A stretch of 64,000 nucleotides of DNA from Candidatus Bathyarchaeota archaeon (GCA_963733095.1 CAVTBV010000013.1:439705-503704); one strand, 5' to 3'. Positions 19,497 to 30,414 are shown, counted from the stretch's first letter. Program-made: numbers and translations. Notes: generated by a model from the letters alone, not told the origin.

Positions 19497-21836
19497 CTAA
19501 GGACCCTCCGATTCATAGCTTGTCATTTCTGAATGGGCTGGCCTCCAAACTGCTTTAGGATATTCCTTTTGCAATCCTTCTAAACATGTAGTACAACGTA
19601 GAATGGTGTCTTTAGTAGGTGTCAACAATTCCTTAGTGACATTTAGAGCATGTTTGCAGTATGTTCCTTCACATTTAGAGCCTTGAGGAATATCTTTTAC
19701 AAACCAAACATATTTTTCCTCTATTGATTGGTTACTGCCAATATGCTTCTTTTCACTGGCGTCCCCCCTACCTACTATTTTATTTTTATCAGTATATTCG
19801 GGGGGGACGTTTGTGAAATGACTTAATTCTGCCTCCGTTTCCGCTGGGATTTCTTCAGTTTCCAGGAGGTTTTTTAGTTCTATGTTAAGTAGTGTCCAAC
19901 CGTCTTTTTCGGGGGTGTGCCTTGCAGGTCCGTAAGGATTTGTTGTTTCTTCCTTTTTTTCATATTCTACAAGCCCCAAGTATTCCATTTCTTTTAGTTC
20001 TCGCCAACAAGTAGCCAAAGGAATTTTTGCATTCCTAGCAATTGTTGAGGTAGTAAACTGTGCGTTTGGTGGGGTCAACATATTCTTAATGACCGCTACT
20101 CTGTTGGGCACGCATGTGTCACGTGCTACACGTTTGACTGTTTCAAGGTCTTCTTTTGTTACATTTTTACGGCCTCTGATTATAGCAAGGCTGTAAGCTA
20201 ACTTCATGAGTTGTTTAACTAGTCTTGTTGGGTACTCTGTTACTGGTTGAGCTGCATCGTTTATCTCGAATTTCCAGAAATTAATCGGGACAGGTGTTCT
20301 AAGGATTGCCACACTAAGGGATATATCTTCAATTAGAAGCGAATACATTTCGGAAATCGTTGGGGTATCATCAAAATTGAGGTATTTTAGAAATCTTGAG
20401 GTGGCATCGATTAATTCATCTCTCATTTGTTCTTCTTTGCCAAGGTTTTGAAGGGCTTTATGTGTGGCTTTTTTACTATCTGGATGGTGTCTTATCTTTA
20501 GAAACCTCTCGCCTAGTTGCAAGTACATTTTCGTAAAAGTGTCAATGGCCGGTGTGCAAGCGATAATTAAACCTATATTGGCTTCTATTCTAACGGGTTG
20601 AGCTGAAGTTCCAAAAGCAAACTCTATGTATCCATCATAAAGACTTCTTAATTGACTAAATATTTCGTCTCTGTCCTCTCTGCGTTTACCAAGTAAAACA
20701 GTGAAATCTTTGATAACTAGAACTTTTTTGTCAATTTCTTTTAGTATTCCTAAAACAGGTATCGGTTTGCCCTCTTCGTCTTTGTCAACTTTTCCACTAA
20801 TGAAGGTGTGTGCTGTTACGCTGTCAAGAGTGTAAATGTCATCATTTTTTAAGCTGCGTACTAATTCAGTTTTTGTTCCACCGCTTGGACTTATCAACGC
20901 CATCCATAACGGATCACCCTTTATTCTTCGGTCAACTGCTGCGCTTAGAATTACATCAATAACTTCCTCATCCGAACCGATAAACAACCATTTTTTGAAG
21001 ACATCTTTAAGTTCTGATAGTTTGAGTTGATTTTCCTCTTTGTCACGAGCTATGTATCCAGTTGCGTTTTCAACCATCCGAACTAGGTCATTGTCATTCA
21101 TTGGTGGTTTGTTTTTTTGGTTCCAGTCACGCATTTCTTTTAAGGCAGTATCAAAGTTAAAACCTTTAACGCCTACTAAGAAGGTAGCGTATTTTATTCC
21201 TTGAGAATGTCTTATTCCTGCAGGTACTCCATTTCTCATTTGTTCATATGTGATTTTTTGTTTTACATCTTTTCCTAAATAAGGCTTCACCGCTTCCATA
21301 AAAACAGAGTATTCTATTCTTGCGATTGGTACATTCTTGGAGATAACGTATATTCCTGTTTTTTCTTCTTTTGTCGTTAAATCTTTGTAAGTGATTGGTG
21401 TACCCGGTGCAACTAAGTATTGATTATTTGCTCTTATTTCTCCCGATCCGTCTTCTTCTCCAGGAATATGTACGGTCTTGTTTGGAACTTGCTCACCACA
21501 TACGCAAAAATATTTATGAGGTAATCCTCTCCGTGGGCTTGTTACCTCAAAAGTTTCGGGTAAGACCTTGCTTAATAGATCGTACATTTCTTTTTTGTCA
21601 GTATCAATTAAAACTAAGAAGTCTTTACCTAAAATTCCCCATCGGTTATGTGGTTGTCTACCTTGGCAGTATTTACAGAAACATGGAACAAAACTCTCCA
21701 AGTTTTCTGGGCTGTAAGGATGGTTTTGAAAATCAAACTCAAAAGCTGCCTTATCAGGTCCAATTTTCAAGAAGCGATCAACTGATAACTCCGTTTCTTT
21801 TAGGCGTTGCACTAGTATAGTTTGCTGCTCGTTCAA
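19497..21836 (-). CDS. Replication protein: prim-pol + PriCT-like + P-loop ATPase/helicase + wHTH
   Basis: LVLIDTD, HKYF, GEIRANNQYLVAPG; G.RH...WN..N.PP; SPSGGTKTE, VLVIKDF, GERFL, R..KQL. Confidence 0.85.
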   Translation of the reverse strand: MNEQQTILVQRLKETELSVDRFLKIGPDKAAFEFDFQNHPYSPENLESFVPCFCKYCQGRQPHNRWGILGKDFLVLIDTDKKEMYDLLSKVLPETFEVTSPRRGLPHKYFCVCGEQVPNKTVHIPGEEDGSGEIRANNQYLVAPGTPITYKDLTTKEEKTGIYVISKNVPIARIEYSVFMEAVKPYLGKDVKQKITYEQMRNGVPAGIRHSQGIKYATFLVGVKGFNFDTALKEMRDWNQKNKPPMNDNDLVRMVENATGYIARDKEENQLKLSELKDVFKKWLFIGSDEEVIDVILSAAVDRRIKGDPLWMALISPSGGTKTELVRSLKNDDIYTLDSVTAHTFISGKVDKDEEGKPIPVLGILKEIDKKVLVIKDFTVLLGKRREDRDEIFSQLRSLYDGYIEFAFGTSAQPVRIEANIGLIIACTPAIDTFTKMYLQLGERFLKIRHHPDSKKATHKALQNLGKEEQMRDELIDATSRFLKYLNFDDTPTISEMYSLLIEDISLSVAILRTPVPINFWKFEINDAAQPVTEYPTRLVKQLMKLAYSLAIIRGRKNVTKEDLETVKRVARDTCVPNRVAVIKNMLTPPNAQFTTSTIARNAKIPLATCWRELKEMEYLGLVEYEKKEETTNPYGPARHTPEKDGWTLLNIELKNLLETEEIPAETEAELSHFTNVPPEYTDKNKIVGRGDASEKKHIGSNQSIEEKYVWFVKDIPQGSKCEGTYCKHALNVTKELLTPTKDTILRCTTCLEGLQKEYPKAVWRPAHSEMTSYESEGP

Positions 21837-22060
21837 GGTTTTAGCTCCAGACTAAAATTTAATGGTTCTTGTGTTGCTGTTTGGGAAAATTTACAAACGT
21901 CTGCTTGGGGAATATGCATTCGTAAAAGAGAATCTAAAGCCTTTCGGGTTACTAAGCCTATGAAAATAAACTCTGAATTGACCAGAGCGTACACTTTGAA
22001 GGACCGCCATGAATGCGATGGCTCGATTTTTCCCGTTAAATAGAAGCGGTTGCTTTGCAT
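21833..22060 (-). CDS. Hypothetical MGE protein
   Basis: Overlaps rep start; 75 aa. Confidence 0.6.
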   Translation of the reverse strand: MQSNRFYLTGKIEPSHSWRSFKVYALVNSEFIFIGLVTRKALDSLLRMHIPQADVCKFSQTATQEPLNFSLELKP

Positions 22061-22446
22061 TGTTTTTCACCGTTTTTTTTGCGTTTTTGCCGATAAATCT
22101 TATCGGCCCCAAAGAGCCAATATGAAAATTCGTAGTTTTCACCGTAATAACGGTCTGCTATCGTTGCATTGTTAACTCTCATAATGTTGAAAGGTGAATT
22201 CCATTTATCTGGTAGATTGTTCTGTTTGTGAGCTACTTCAAAGTCTCCAAGTTGACTGCCTTTCTGAGATTCATACTTCAAAATACCGAAAGTGAGCTCA
22301 ACAACAGTAGCAGTATGCTTCTTGTTTTCTTGTGCTTTAACTTCTTTAGGCGCTATAGAGTCAATGAATTCGTTTGTCGCATCGGCTAACATTTGAGCGC
22401 TATCTCGTACCTTAACTAAATATTCGACAAGCCTATGATCGGTCAA
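22036..22446 (-). CDS. Hypothetical MGE protein
   Basis: 136 aa in tight operon. Confidence 0.7.
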   Translation of the reverse strand: MTDHRLVEYLVKVRDSAQMLADATNEFIDSIAPKEVKAQENKKHTATVVELTFGILKYESQKGSQLGDFEVAHKQNNLPDKWNSPFNIMRVNNATIADRYYGENYEFSYWLFGADKIYRQKRKKNGEKQCKATASI

Positions 22447-22619
22447 GCTTTATCCCTCACACGTGGCACCCCTTGATTGCACGCTGGAGTTAGAGCCGTA
22501 GTGTGTTTTCCAAGACTGCATTTGTAATTCTCGAAATCGAAATGCTTGCAGAATTTGCATTTGGTAATTGGCAGGAAGTTCTCTAAGCTGGTTTCTTTCG
22601 CTCTGTTTAAATAAACCAA
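22443..22619 (-). CDS. Small Cys-rich MGE protein
   Basis: KCKFCKHFDFENYKC...C; TGA overlaps next TTG. Confidence 0.5.
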   Translation of the reverse strand: MVYLNRAKETSLENFLPITKCKFCKHFDFENYKCSLGKHTTALTPACNQGVPRVRDKA

Positions 22620-22676
22620 TGGAGCGAAACGTGCTTTAAGATGAAGAATAAAACTCTCAAAGAAGGATAATTCTTG

Positions 22677-22961
22677 TTAAGCCTCCTTCTCATTCTTTTC
22701 CAAGGTGCCAAATAGTGCTACTGATTTATTTTTGGACCAAAAAACCCAGGACTTGCTTGTTTTTACTCCACTGATCTTCTTTGCCATTAGTAATCCTAAA
22801 CAATGAGCTAAAGCGGTGCTCCAGTTTCCTATTCCGACTTCCAGTCGAATTTTTTCAGTATCCGTTGGTGTATCTGTCTTCTCAAGGAGGTTAACGATTC
22901 TTTCGTCATATCCGTTTTCCATTTTGTTGTACCTCTCTATGACAGTCTTAACAACTGTCAA
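22677..22961 (-). CDS. Small winged-helix DNA-binding protein
   Basis: ERIVNLL...TEKIR...WSTALAHCLGL...KI.G.K...WVFW. Confidence 0.7.
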   Translation of the reverse strand: MTVVKTVIERYNKMENGYDERIVNLLEKTDTPTDTEKIRLEVGIGNWSTALAHCLGLLMAKKISGVKTSKSWVFWSKNKSVALFGTLEKNEKEA

Positions 22962-23034
22962 AAGAAAAAAGCTGGAAATTAATCCTTATTTTAAGCTGGA
23001 AACTAAAAAACCGTTAAACATATAAGTCTAAAAA

Positions 23035-23047
23035 TAGCACTATGCTA
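23035..23047. promoter_or_regulatory. Palindromic site TAGCA-cta-TGCTA
   Basis: Exact reverse complement at 23562-23574. Confidence 0.7.
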
Positions 23048-23049
23048 AT

Positions 23050-23556
23050 ATGGAAGATGTAGAAATTAACCGCTATTACGCCAACAAAAAAGAACGAAAC
23101 CTAAGTTGGCAAGGAAAATTCTTTAGAAACGGAATGACTGATTATGAAATGTACCGCAACATTGCTAGCTTGTTAAGACCTGAAGAACGATTGAAAATAT
23201 TTCAAAAATATTGTGAAGTTCTCGGCAGCAGAATTCCAGAGCGCATAAGAACAGATAATCTGAAGTTCAAAGAGACTCTTCTCAAAGGTGTGCCTAGCGT
23301 AATACAAACTGACGTTTACAGGTTTCTTCCTAAGTCTAAATCTAAAAGAGGCGGTCATGTCCCCGATCCAGAAACATGTGCCAAATTTATTATTGCTTTA
23401 AAATATTTACATAACCAAAATGCCCTGGTTCTTGAGCTATTAAAACCAGCCATTAACGCAATGACCTTTACCTTCAAGAGATTTGGTGTAGAATGGTTCA
23501 ATGCCTTTGTTACTAAGTATTCTCAAGAGGACATTGCTCGACTTGTCATTTTATAA
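23050..23556 (+). CDS. Putative repressor of the element
   Basis: Divergent from rep operon; bracketed by palindromes; HTH-like VYRFL...P. Confidence 0.6.
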   Translation: MEDVEINRYYANKKERNLSWQGKFFRNGMTDYEMYRNIASLLRPEERLKIFQKYCEVLGSRIPERIRTDNLKFKETLLKGVPSVIQTDVYRFLPKSKSKRGGHVPDPETCAKFIIALKYLHNQNALVLELLKPAINAMTFTFKRFGVEWFNAFVTKYSQEDIARLVIL

Positions 23557-23561
23557 TTAAG

Positions 23562-23574
23562 TAGCATAGTGCTA
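23562..23574. promoter_or_regulatory. Palindromic site TAGCA-tag-TGCTA
   Basis: Reverse complement of 23035-23047. Confidence 0.7.
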
Positions 23575-23855
23575 ATAATAACTCTTAATTATCAGTTAAA
23601 AATGAAAAATAGCCTTGAATCTAAGTATTATTGGATGTTTTTTCTTTTGAGGGTGCCGGATGTGCAAGTGATCTTTAAGGTTTGGAGTCAGTTTTTTTTG
23701 CAAGGAAGCTGGCGCTCTCACCATGCTGAGAAGATGCTTGTCCTCCGGCGTTCTTGGGGTATTGCAAAAAAATTGAGAAGGTCACACCAACCAAATTTTC
23801 AATGCCAATGCAGTACCCCTTTTTTCTATGGCGGGGCAATTAAGGGGTTTAAGAC

Positions 23856-24437
23856 TTGAAAATGAAAAAGAGAAAACAAATTCTGTTGTTTTTAGGAGTA
23901 GTTACTCTATTTTTAGGCATTGTTCTTATTGGTGGAGTGGCTTATGCAAGTCTTGAGATTAAACCGCTTGGCCTGTTTTATAGTCAAAATAGCCTTTATA
24001 CTGCCGATTTTTCCCCAACTATAGCGACAGTTGCAATCAATCAGTCACAATTTTTTACTATCACGCTAAAGTCTTGGAGTGGAGCAACACTTGACATAGC
24101 TTCTCACACAATCAGTTATACTTGGTTTTTAGACTCAAATCGGGTTCCAATAACTGGTTCTTATGGATTCTTATTTTTCGGGGGTCCTGGCGCTAATCAA
24201 GTTCGGGTTCAAATATTGGTGGATGGAAACCAAATTAACTGCTATGCAACTTTAAATGTGACAAATCCTGACGGCTCCATGTCTGTTCCAACTCCAATCC
24301 CAACCCCAACACCGAATCCATTAACCTCTTTAGTTCCGAATAATCCACTAGCCAAAGCATTAATTGTCGTAATAGGCTTGGCAAATACGGCTTTAGGCTC
24401 AACAATCCTCTTGTTATCAAAAAGATTGGGGAACTAG
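23856..24437 (+). CDS. Membrane protein with Ig/PKD-like domain and PT linker
   Basis: N- and C-terminal TMs, SYTWFLD, PTPIPTPTP. Confidence 0.75.
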   Translation: MKMKKRKQILLFLGVVTLFLGIVLIGGVAYASLEIKPLGLFYSQNSLYTADFSPTIATVAINQSQFFTITLKSWSGATLDIASHTISYTWFLDSNRVPITGSYGFLFFGGPGANQVRVQILVDGNQINCYATLNVTNPDGSMSVPTPIPTPTPNPLTSLVPNNPLAKALIVVIGLANTALGSTILLLSKRLGN

Positions 24438-24713
24438 AAAGTGCAAGTTAGTAGCCCAATTAAGCTTAAGGAGAAAGCAATTTTTGATTCAAGGACTCAA
24501 GGTTTCATAGACCAACTGAAAAAAGAATCAACGAGGAAAGGTGGCTCTCAGTTTGAGTTATAATGCACGTGGAGGTCACGGTTATGGTGGTCAGTCGAGA
24601 AGGGGAAGTTCTGGTTCTCGTAGTTATCCAGGCAAACGACAAGTCGCCAATATTAAACCTTTACTGCATAGGATACTGTTAAGTTATTTGTCATGGGTCG
24701 AGGTGCCTAGTTA

Positions 24714-25028
24714 ATGGGTACCTATTACGACATCGTCTGCCCTCAGAGCAAGGATGTCTTGCGATTATGGAAAGTTGCTAACCTTTGGGAAAGGCTAGAA
24801 TATTTGTTTCAAAATGGGCTTTTGGCAATGAAAAGAACGGAACCAGACTCTTCCTACACTAACTTCATTGTTTTGGCACAAGCTTTTTTCCATATCGTAG
24901 AAATGGAAGTGCCACAAGCAAAAACATGGCTTGAAGACCATGTGAACTGCAAACTCTTCTTTGTTGATTCCGAGTATAGCGACGCTTTCAACTACTACAT
25001 AGGTTATAACATAACTGACAGTCAATAA
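24714..25028 (+). CDS. Hypothetical protein
   Basis: GAGGTG SD + ATG, 104 aa. Confidence 0.65.
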   Translation: MGTYYDIVCPQSKDVLRLWKVANLWERLEYLFQNGLLAMKRTEPDSSYTNFIVLAQAFFHIVEMEVPQAKTWLEDHVNCKLFFVDSEYSDAFNYYIGYNITDSQ

Positions 25029-25042
25029 TTCTGCTCAATTTA

Positions 25043-26410
25043 TTGCCCAAAAACTTTTACGCTAATCCACATAAAATAGAGCAACATATGGTTATCCTAA
25101 CTCCTGAAGAAAAACGCTCAATCTTGCTCAGAGCACAAACCATGTCAGTCGGCAATAAAGCCGCAGAGAGAAATTGCCAAGAACTACTTGCTGCCCTAAT
25201 GATTATCAAAAAAACGCTTGGAACCCAATGGTACCAGAAAGCTATGAAAGGTTATCCCAAACAAATATCAACTATTATGCCAACCACGCACAACCATCTA
25301 TTAAAAGAGGACACTGACCCACCACTCACAAGACTCCTCAAGGGAGGTGTGCCCTCAAACATCGTTCAAATAATTCAATTCGCCATGTATATCCAAGAAT
25401 TATCGGACAATACCAGTCTTCAGGAAAAAATAGCCGATTATGTCAACCAAGAACGACGTGTTGACATATTATATAGTCATTTTACTCGTTTACTCTTTGA
25501 ATTGAAAGTTGCCGATGTCTGCAAGAGGCGTGGGTTGAGTATTCATTTTCTTCCAAAGCAGAAGAAGGCTACACCAGATTTTGAGGTTTCTTCCCCCCTC
25601 GGAAAGACCTACGTTGAATGTAAACGCAAGGATATTCAGGTTAAGTTTTCAAAGGAACTCAACGATATTTACGGGCGAATTATTGTAGGGATTCAAAACG
25701 ACATGAGCCAAAGGAATTTAAATTACTCAATCAAGGTTTTACTGAATAAAGAGGCAAAAACTGAAGATATAGAGAAGGCTATTTCAATCGCGCATGAAGG
25801 CATAATTCAGAATCGGGACAGTTTTAAAATAAACGTGGGCAGTCTCACCGTTGAGGGGGTTAGACTTACCGACTATAATGTAATCCACTCTTCGAAAGAA
25901 ATTCCATCGGTAGAGGATGAACCGACTCTTAGGGACTCTGATTACTACGCTGAATGCAACATACACCCTCCTCCAATTCATGACTTTTTTAACCTTCAAA
26001 AATCGGATTTACCCATACGAAATTTCAGGGTTGTTGCTGTTTATTCGCCATTTTATGCTAGTTTAGTTGAAAGTATTCTGCATTCGATAAAAGACGCTAG
26101 TACTCAACTGCTTGAATCAAGCGGGCATGGTGTAATAGCAATAGAGATTTCATATGATAGAACTATTGCTACTGCCGAACCAGAAGTTAGAAAGGTGACA
26201 GAAAGTATTCCTGAATTGCTGAAAACAATGCCTCATATCGGGGCTGTTCTATTCTTTTTGGAAGAAGTGGTTGATGAGGCGAGAAAAACCCACAGGCGAA
26301 CAAGATGCCTTCGATTTTTTAACCCGTCTACGTCGCATAAACTACCTGCTGATATTGAACATGTAATGGCTACTGATGTTTCTTTACCACATGCTTCACT
26401 TCTCGAATAG
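25043..26410 (+). CDS. PD-(D/E)XK nuclease-fold protein
   Basis: LFELKVA...TPDF...YVECK. Confidence 0.75.
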   Translation: MPKNFYANPHKIEQHMVILTPEEKRSILLRAQTMSVGNKAAERNCQELLAALMIIKKTLGTQWYQKAMKGYPKQISTIMPTTHNHLLKEDTDPPLTRLLKGGVPSNIVQIIQFAMYIQELSDNTSLQEKIADYVNQERRVDILYSHFTRLLFELKVADVCKRRGLSIHFLPKQKKATPDFEVSSPLGKTYVECKRKDIQVKFSKELNDIYGRIIVGIQNDMSQRNLNYSIKVLLNKEAKTEDIEKAISIAHEGIIQNRDSFKINVGSLTVEGVRLTDYNVIHSSKEIPSVEDEPTLRDSDYYAECNIHPPPIHDFFNLQKSDLPIRNFRVVAVYSPFYASLVESILHSIKDASTQLLESSGHGVIAIEISYDRTIATAEPEVRKVTESIPELLKTMPHIGAVLFFLEEVVDEARKTHRRTRCLRFFNPSTSHKLPADIEHVMATDVSLPHASLLE

Positions 26411-26434
26411 GTATCTTGTGGGTATACCACTGTT

Positions 26435-27040
26435 GGTAATAACAAAGAGTTTGTGGGCACAATTCCCCTAATCCCTGCATCTCCTGTTCGTAAAATAATA
26501 GATTTTTATCGTAAGCATGAAATCCAAACTTTTGCTATTGATGGGGGTACTAAGGATATTATTACGAACGATGTAGAATTGCGCGTGGTTTTATCTGCGA
26601 TAGATGGCGAGAGTCATTGTTTGAGTGGCACTTTAATTTACGCATGTAACCTTGGGTATCCGAAAATTGTTCAGAATGAATCCAGAGCCGATGATTTTCT
26701 CAGTCTTTTTGCATACATCGATATTTTTGGCAGTGTGTTTAAAGGTAGAGGCGGTAAGTCAAAGAAGAAACCACCAAAGGCAAGGGCTAAACTGTTTTCC
26801 AGCGAAAAATATAGTTATGAGAGTTCCACTTATGTTGAAGCGAGGACAAAGTTAGGTTCACCTCTTTCCCCTGAAACTCTTAAGGGCATTAATAAAAAAA
26901 GACAATTAATCTAATCAGACTATATACGTGACATCATAGGTAAAGAAGACATCAAGCAATATTTGCTGAAAAAAAGGGTCTGTTAAGCAACCTATAGTAA
27001 CCCGTTTAGAATCGCTTGCTAAAATACAAAAAGTCTTTAG
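26435..27040 (+). pseudogene. 5'-truncated, frameshifted hypothetical gene
   Basis: Starts mid-domain (NNKEFVGTIP); coding-like tail RDIIGKEDIKQYL in another frame. Confidence 0.5.
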
Positions 27041-27882
27041 TGACATTGAGCCAATGAAAAAATATTCAATAAAAGGGTCATGACAAATAACTTAACAGTA
27101 TCACTGCATAGTCAGTCTGTTGACCAAACTAACAATCCGAACTTTATCATAATAGCCAAAGCATTGCAGACTTGGAACAAGCCAACCTGTTAGTTCAATC
27201 TTCCAACCAATGAAGACCCACAACGATTAGCTTTTACTATAGCCCAAACGGCAAATCGACGGAAGCTTGATCTCCAAATCATAGAATCCCAAAAGGCTCA
27301 AGAGTTTCGAGTTGAAAGGATTATCCCTAAAGAAGATTTAGAAGATCAAGAACTGAATCCTGAAGAGAACATATTGCCTGAAGAAGGCCAGTCATTTGAA
27401 ACATATAACTTCCTTACTGATCTCAACCTTCAACTCAAACTATTCGGTTGGCACTTAACCAAGGTTTAGAGTTGCGGTCCATTCAAGAGGACCCTTTCTT
27501 GTTTCTTTACCCTACTTTTCTAACATATAATACTGTAAGCTTATCCATGCATGACCATAGTCACTCTGAAACTTTGTTGCTGCAAACTTTTAGTTTTAAT
27601 AATGGTTCCAAGTCCTTGAAATGCTAAAGAAAAAATTTTTTTGGCTTTAAAAAAAATTCATAACCTAATATACAGAGTTTCTAAAAACAGCCCTTAAATT
27701 ACGTTATGAGTAGTAAAAGTATGGATAATAGATGGAACTTGGAGAGGGGGGTAAAATAGAAATTACGCCTGCGCCCGCCTTTTAGGTAAGTTAGTAGACT
27801 TGTATAGTGCTCCTCAGGTGGTGTTCCATGAAAATTGATAAACATATTATATTTAGACTCGTCCATGCTTTAGATATACAAC

Positions 27883-28149
27883 CTAGATTTTCTTTACCGA
27901 GGTTTTTTTGCTCTCGGTTTGGCTTGGGGTCGGTTGCTTATCGACTTCAAGAATTATCTTAGTACCGACCTCTCCAGCGAGCCGAATATCATACAAGACA
28001 CCGTTAAATTCATCCGTTTCTTTTTCTAAAGAGTCTGAAAGCTCCTTTTTTACCTTATTATCTTTAACATATTTCTGAACAACCTTTTTCAATTCAAGCA
28101 ATGGAGTTGCTATTAGACTTAGCACTTTAATGATATCGCTTGTTGACAT
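27883..28149 (-). CDS. Hypothetical protein (probably truncated)
   Basis: 88-aa ORF with ATG. Confidence 0.45.
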   Translation of the reverse strand: MSTSDIIKVLSLIATPLLELKKVVQKYVKDNKVKKELSDSLEKETDEFNGVLYDIRLAGEVGTKIILEVDKQPTPSQTESKKTSVKKI

Positions 28150-28301
28150 TTTAGCTCAGGTTGTTTTATACCTTTTAATTTAAGAAATTATGGGTAGAAA
28201 GGAAAGCTCGGCACTGACTGGTCGAAGAAAGTGAGAGTTTACAATTTTGATAATTATATGTGAAATAGACAGAGTGACTTTTTTTGATACCTAGCTCTCT
28301 T

Positions 28302-28895
28302 TCAGACGTTAAAGCTCTTGCCATTTTCGAACCATTGCCACTCTTTTAGGCAATCGGTCATCCATTGGTCTAGGCTATTTACGGCTTTGCCAGTTGGAAT
28401 GTCGAGAAATAATCCGTAATTGTAGTGGTATGCTGTGTAGGGATTTTCATTTGATTTATTGGTAAATGCTTTGAGTTTTTCTTCATCGAATCGCTTTTTC
28501 CATATATCCTTATTTCTTATTTTCTTCATTTCAATAACAATCTCATTATTGTCGTCAATTCCCCTTGTGTGAACAACAATGTCTGGGCGTACAACTATCG
28601 CATTGTTACCATCTATTTTCTTCATTAATTGCTCAGGAGTATATCTCTGTCTTAATAACTCCAGCATTTCCTCTGCATCGCCAAGCTTCTTCCCTTTATC
28701 CCCATGCTTGTTGTATTCGCAATCAACTTTTAGGTCGGTAAATTCTGATTGCAAGTACGATGCAAGTCTATGTGAAATCGATTTTTCATCAACATCTCGA
28801 TTTAATAGGTCAGAGTCTTGCTTGTACAGATTTACCAATGCAGATTCTACTTTACCTCTTAATTCGTTTAAGTCCACAGTATCTAAACAACCCAT
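28302..28895 (-). CDS. PD-(D/E)XK nuclease-fold protein
   Basis: EKSISHRLA.YL, VDCEYN, RPDIVVH.RG, VIEMKK. Confidence 0.75.
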   Translation of the reverse strand: MGCLDTVDLNELRGKVESALVNLYKQDSDLLNRDVDEKSISHRLASYLQSEFTDLKVDCEYNKHGDKGKKLGDAEEMLELLRQRYTPEQLMKKIDGNNAIVVRPDIVVHTRGIDDNNEIVIEMKKIRNKDIWKKRFDEEKLKAFTNKSNENPYTAYHYNYGLFLDIPTGKAVNSLDQWMTDCLKEWQWFENGKSFNV

Positions 28896-29102
28896 CTCTT
28901 ACTTGTCTGAAAAAACGTATTAGTTTTGCGATAAAACTCTGCTTCTAAATTTTGAAGGTACCCTTCGAACCATTCTTTGAGGGCAGAAAACAGCTATAAT
29001 TAATCAAAAAAGCAAAAACAGTTCTTAATATGTCTCCATGCTACGGACTTTTTCTTATTTTATCTGGGTGTCGGAAGGGTCAATTTTCTGCTCCGAGAGG
29101 AC

Positions 29103-29291
29103 TTACTTGGAAACATCCCTAACTTGATTGTGTGCTTCTACATAGTTAATGTGTTTTATTATTCGAGCAATTTCATGACATCGCATTCCGTTCCCTGTCT
29201 CTCCAGCGTACTTGCAAACAATTACTGCTCCAACCCCTTCAAGGATACCTTTTAGTTTTTGAATTTCATTATAGATTTTTTCTTCGTCCAG
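29103..29291 (-). CDS. 62-aa hypothetical protein, CTG start
   Basis: GAGGT SD followed by CTG GAC GAA GAA; open to TAA 29103. Confidence 0.4.
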   Translation of the reverse strand: MDEEKIYNEIQKLKGILEGVGAVIVCKYAGETGNGMRCHEIARIIKHINYVEAHNQVRDVSK

Positions 29292-29317
29292 TTTATTTTA
29301 CCTCAATCATAGTCAAT

Positions 29318-30358
29318 TCATCGATTCTTTACGAGGAATTCTAATTCTTTTCCATTCTCTTGTATTTCAATGCGTATTTTTTCCAAGTCTAACATGTCAT
29401 TTGTAACTTCATAGCTTATTAGCCGTGCAAGTGAGTAATTTACGATTTCGTCACTCATAGAGTAGAGGAGTGCACCTTTTCTCCACTTGATTACTTTGAT
29501 TGGTTTGGCATCTGTTGGACTGCTTATTGTTATACCTGAGTCATTCAATTGTTTTATTACTTCTTCAAGGGTTTGTTGATTTTTTCTGTATTTTGTCAAG
29601 TCCTTCACTTGTTCGAATGTATTACTATTTTTTGATATGTGGATTGTTTCTTTGGATTTTTCACGCTCATCCCATTGGTGTATTGTCAGCAATGGCAACC
29701 TTTGGTCAAGCATGTAGAGTTGGCTATTAGATGCTAACCCGACTGCAACGTGGTTTGTTGTATGAGCAAAGTAGAGGTCTGATGTAGGGTAGAGATTAGA
29801 TAGCAAACAAGCGGTCAATTTTGCGTAATCTCTGCAAACACTTAAGCGATTTTCTATAATATCATCTATTTTGACGCTAGGTCTAAGTGTGTTCCAGAAC
29901 TGACTTATTGCAAGTCTTCTACCATAACATAGGTACATCAAAGAGATAGCCACAGTTGTTATCAACTCTACCCCAAACCCTATAACAAAAGAAGAGGCTA
30001 TCGACCAAACATTGAACCCATACACAAATAGAGTGTATGGAACAACAAGACTTACAACTAATCCTATCAGTGAAGCACCTAAAATCAGAGGTATTGGATA
30101 TCTTTCAATCCAGAACTTCATGTTTCTGTGTTGCCACTCTAAAATATTTGTAAGTGTTTCCTTGTCTGACTTACCTTCAAGTTGATGCGCCAAGTCTTTT
30201 ACTTTGTCACTTGCTATCTCCTCTAAAGTTGGGACTGGTCCGCCTTTCCACGCTTCCCCATTAGACCTGAGCAATTTAACAAGAAAGAAGACAAGTAGTA
30301 CGGTCAATGCTATTGAGATGATAATGATTAAATAAGCTAATAGGTTGAGTACATCCAT
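29318..30358 (-). CDS. Membrane transglutaminase-like cysteine protease
   Basis: VCRDYAKL, NHVA, LDQ triad; three TMs. Confidence 0.85.
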   Translation of the reverse strand: MDVLNLLAYLIIIISIALTVLLVFFLVKLLRSNGEAWKGGPVPTLEEIASDKVKDLAHQLEGKSDKETLTNILEWQHRNMKFWIERYPIPLILGASLIGLVVSLVVPYTLFVYGFNVWSIASSFVIGFGVELITTVAISLMYLCYGRRLAISQFWNTLRPSVKIDDIIENRLSVCRDYAKLTACLLSNLYPTSDLYFAHTTNHVAVGLASNSQLYMLDQRLPLLTIHQWDEREKSKETIHISKNSNTFEQVKDLTKYRKNQQTLEEVIKQLNDSGITISSPTDAKPIKVIKWRKGALLYSMSDEIVNYSLARLISYEVTNDMLDLEKIRIEIQENGKELEFLVKNR

Positions 30359-30414
30359 AAGGCTATTTACTGAGGAGATTACTTTAAAGACTTGCCAAAT
30401 CTGTTATCGATTTG

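Larger units (their letters stand above)
18178..24437. mobile_element. tRNA-adjacent integrated plasmid/virus-like element (right border not found)
   Basis: Integrase + prim-pol replication gene + overlapping small ORFs + divergent regulator. Confidence 0.7.

Noticed and set aside
27060-27470. Coding-like AT-rich stretch
   Set aside because: Broken by stops in all plus-strand frames and no recognisable family.
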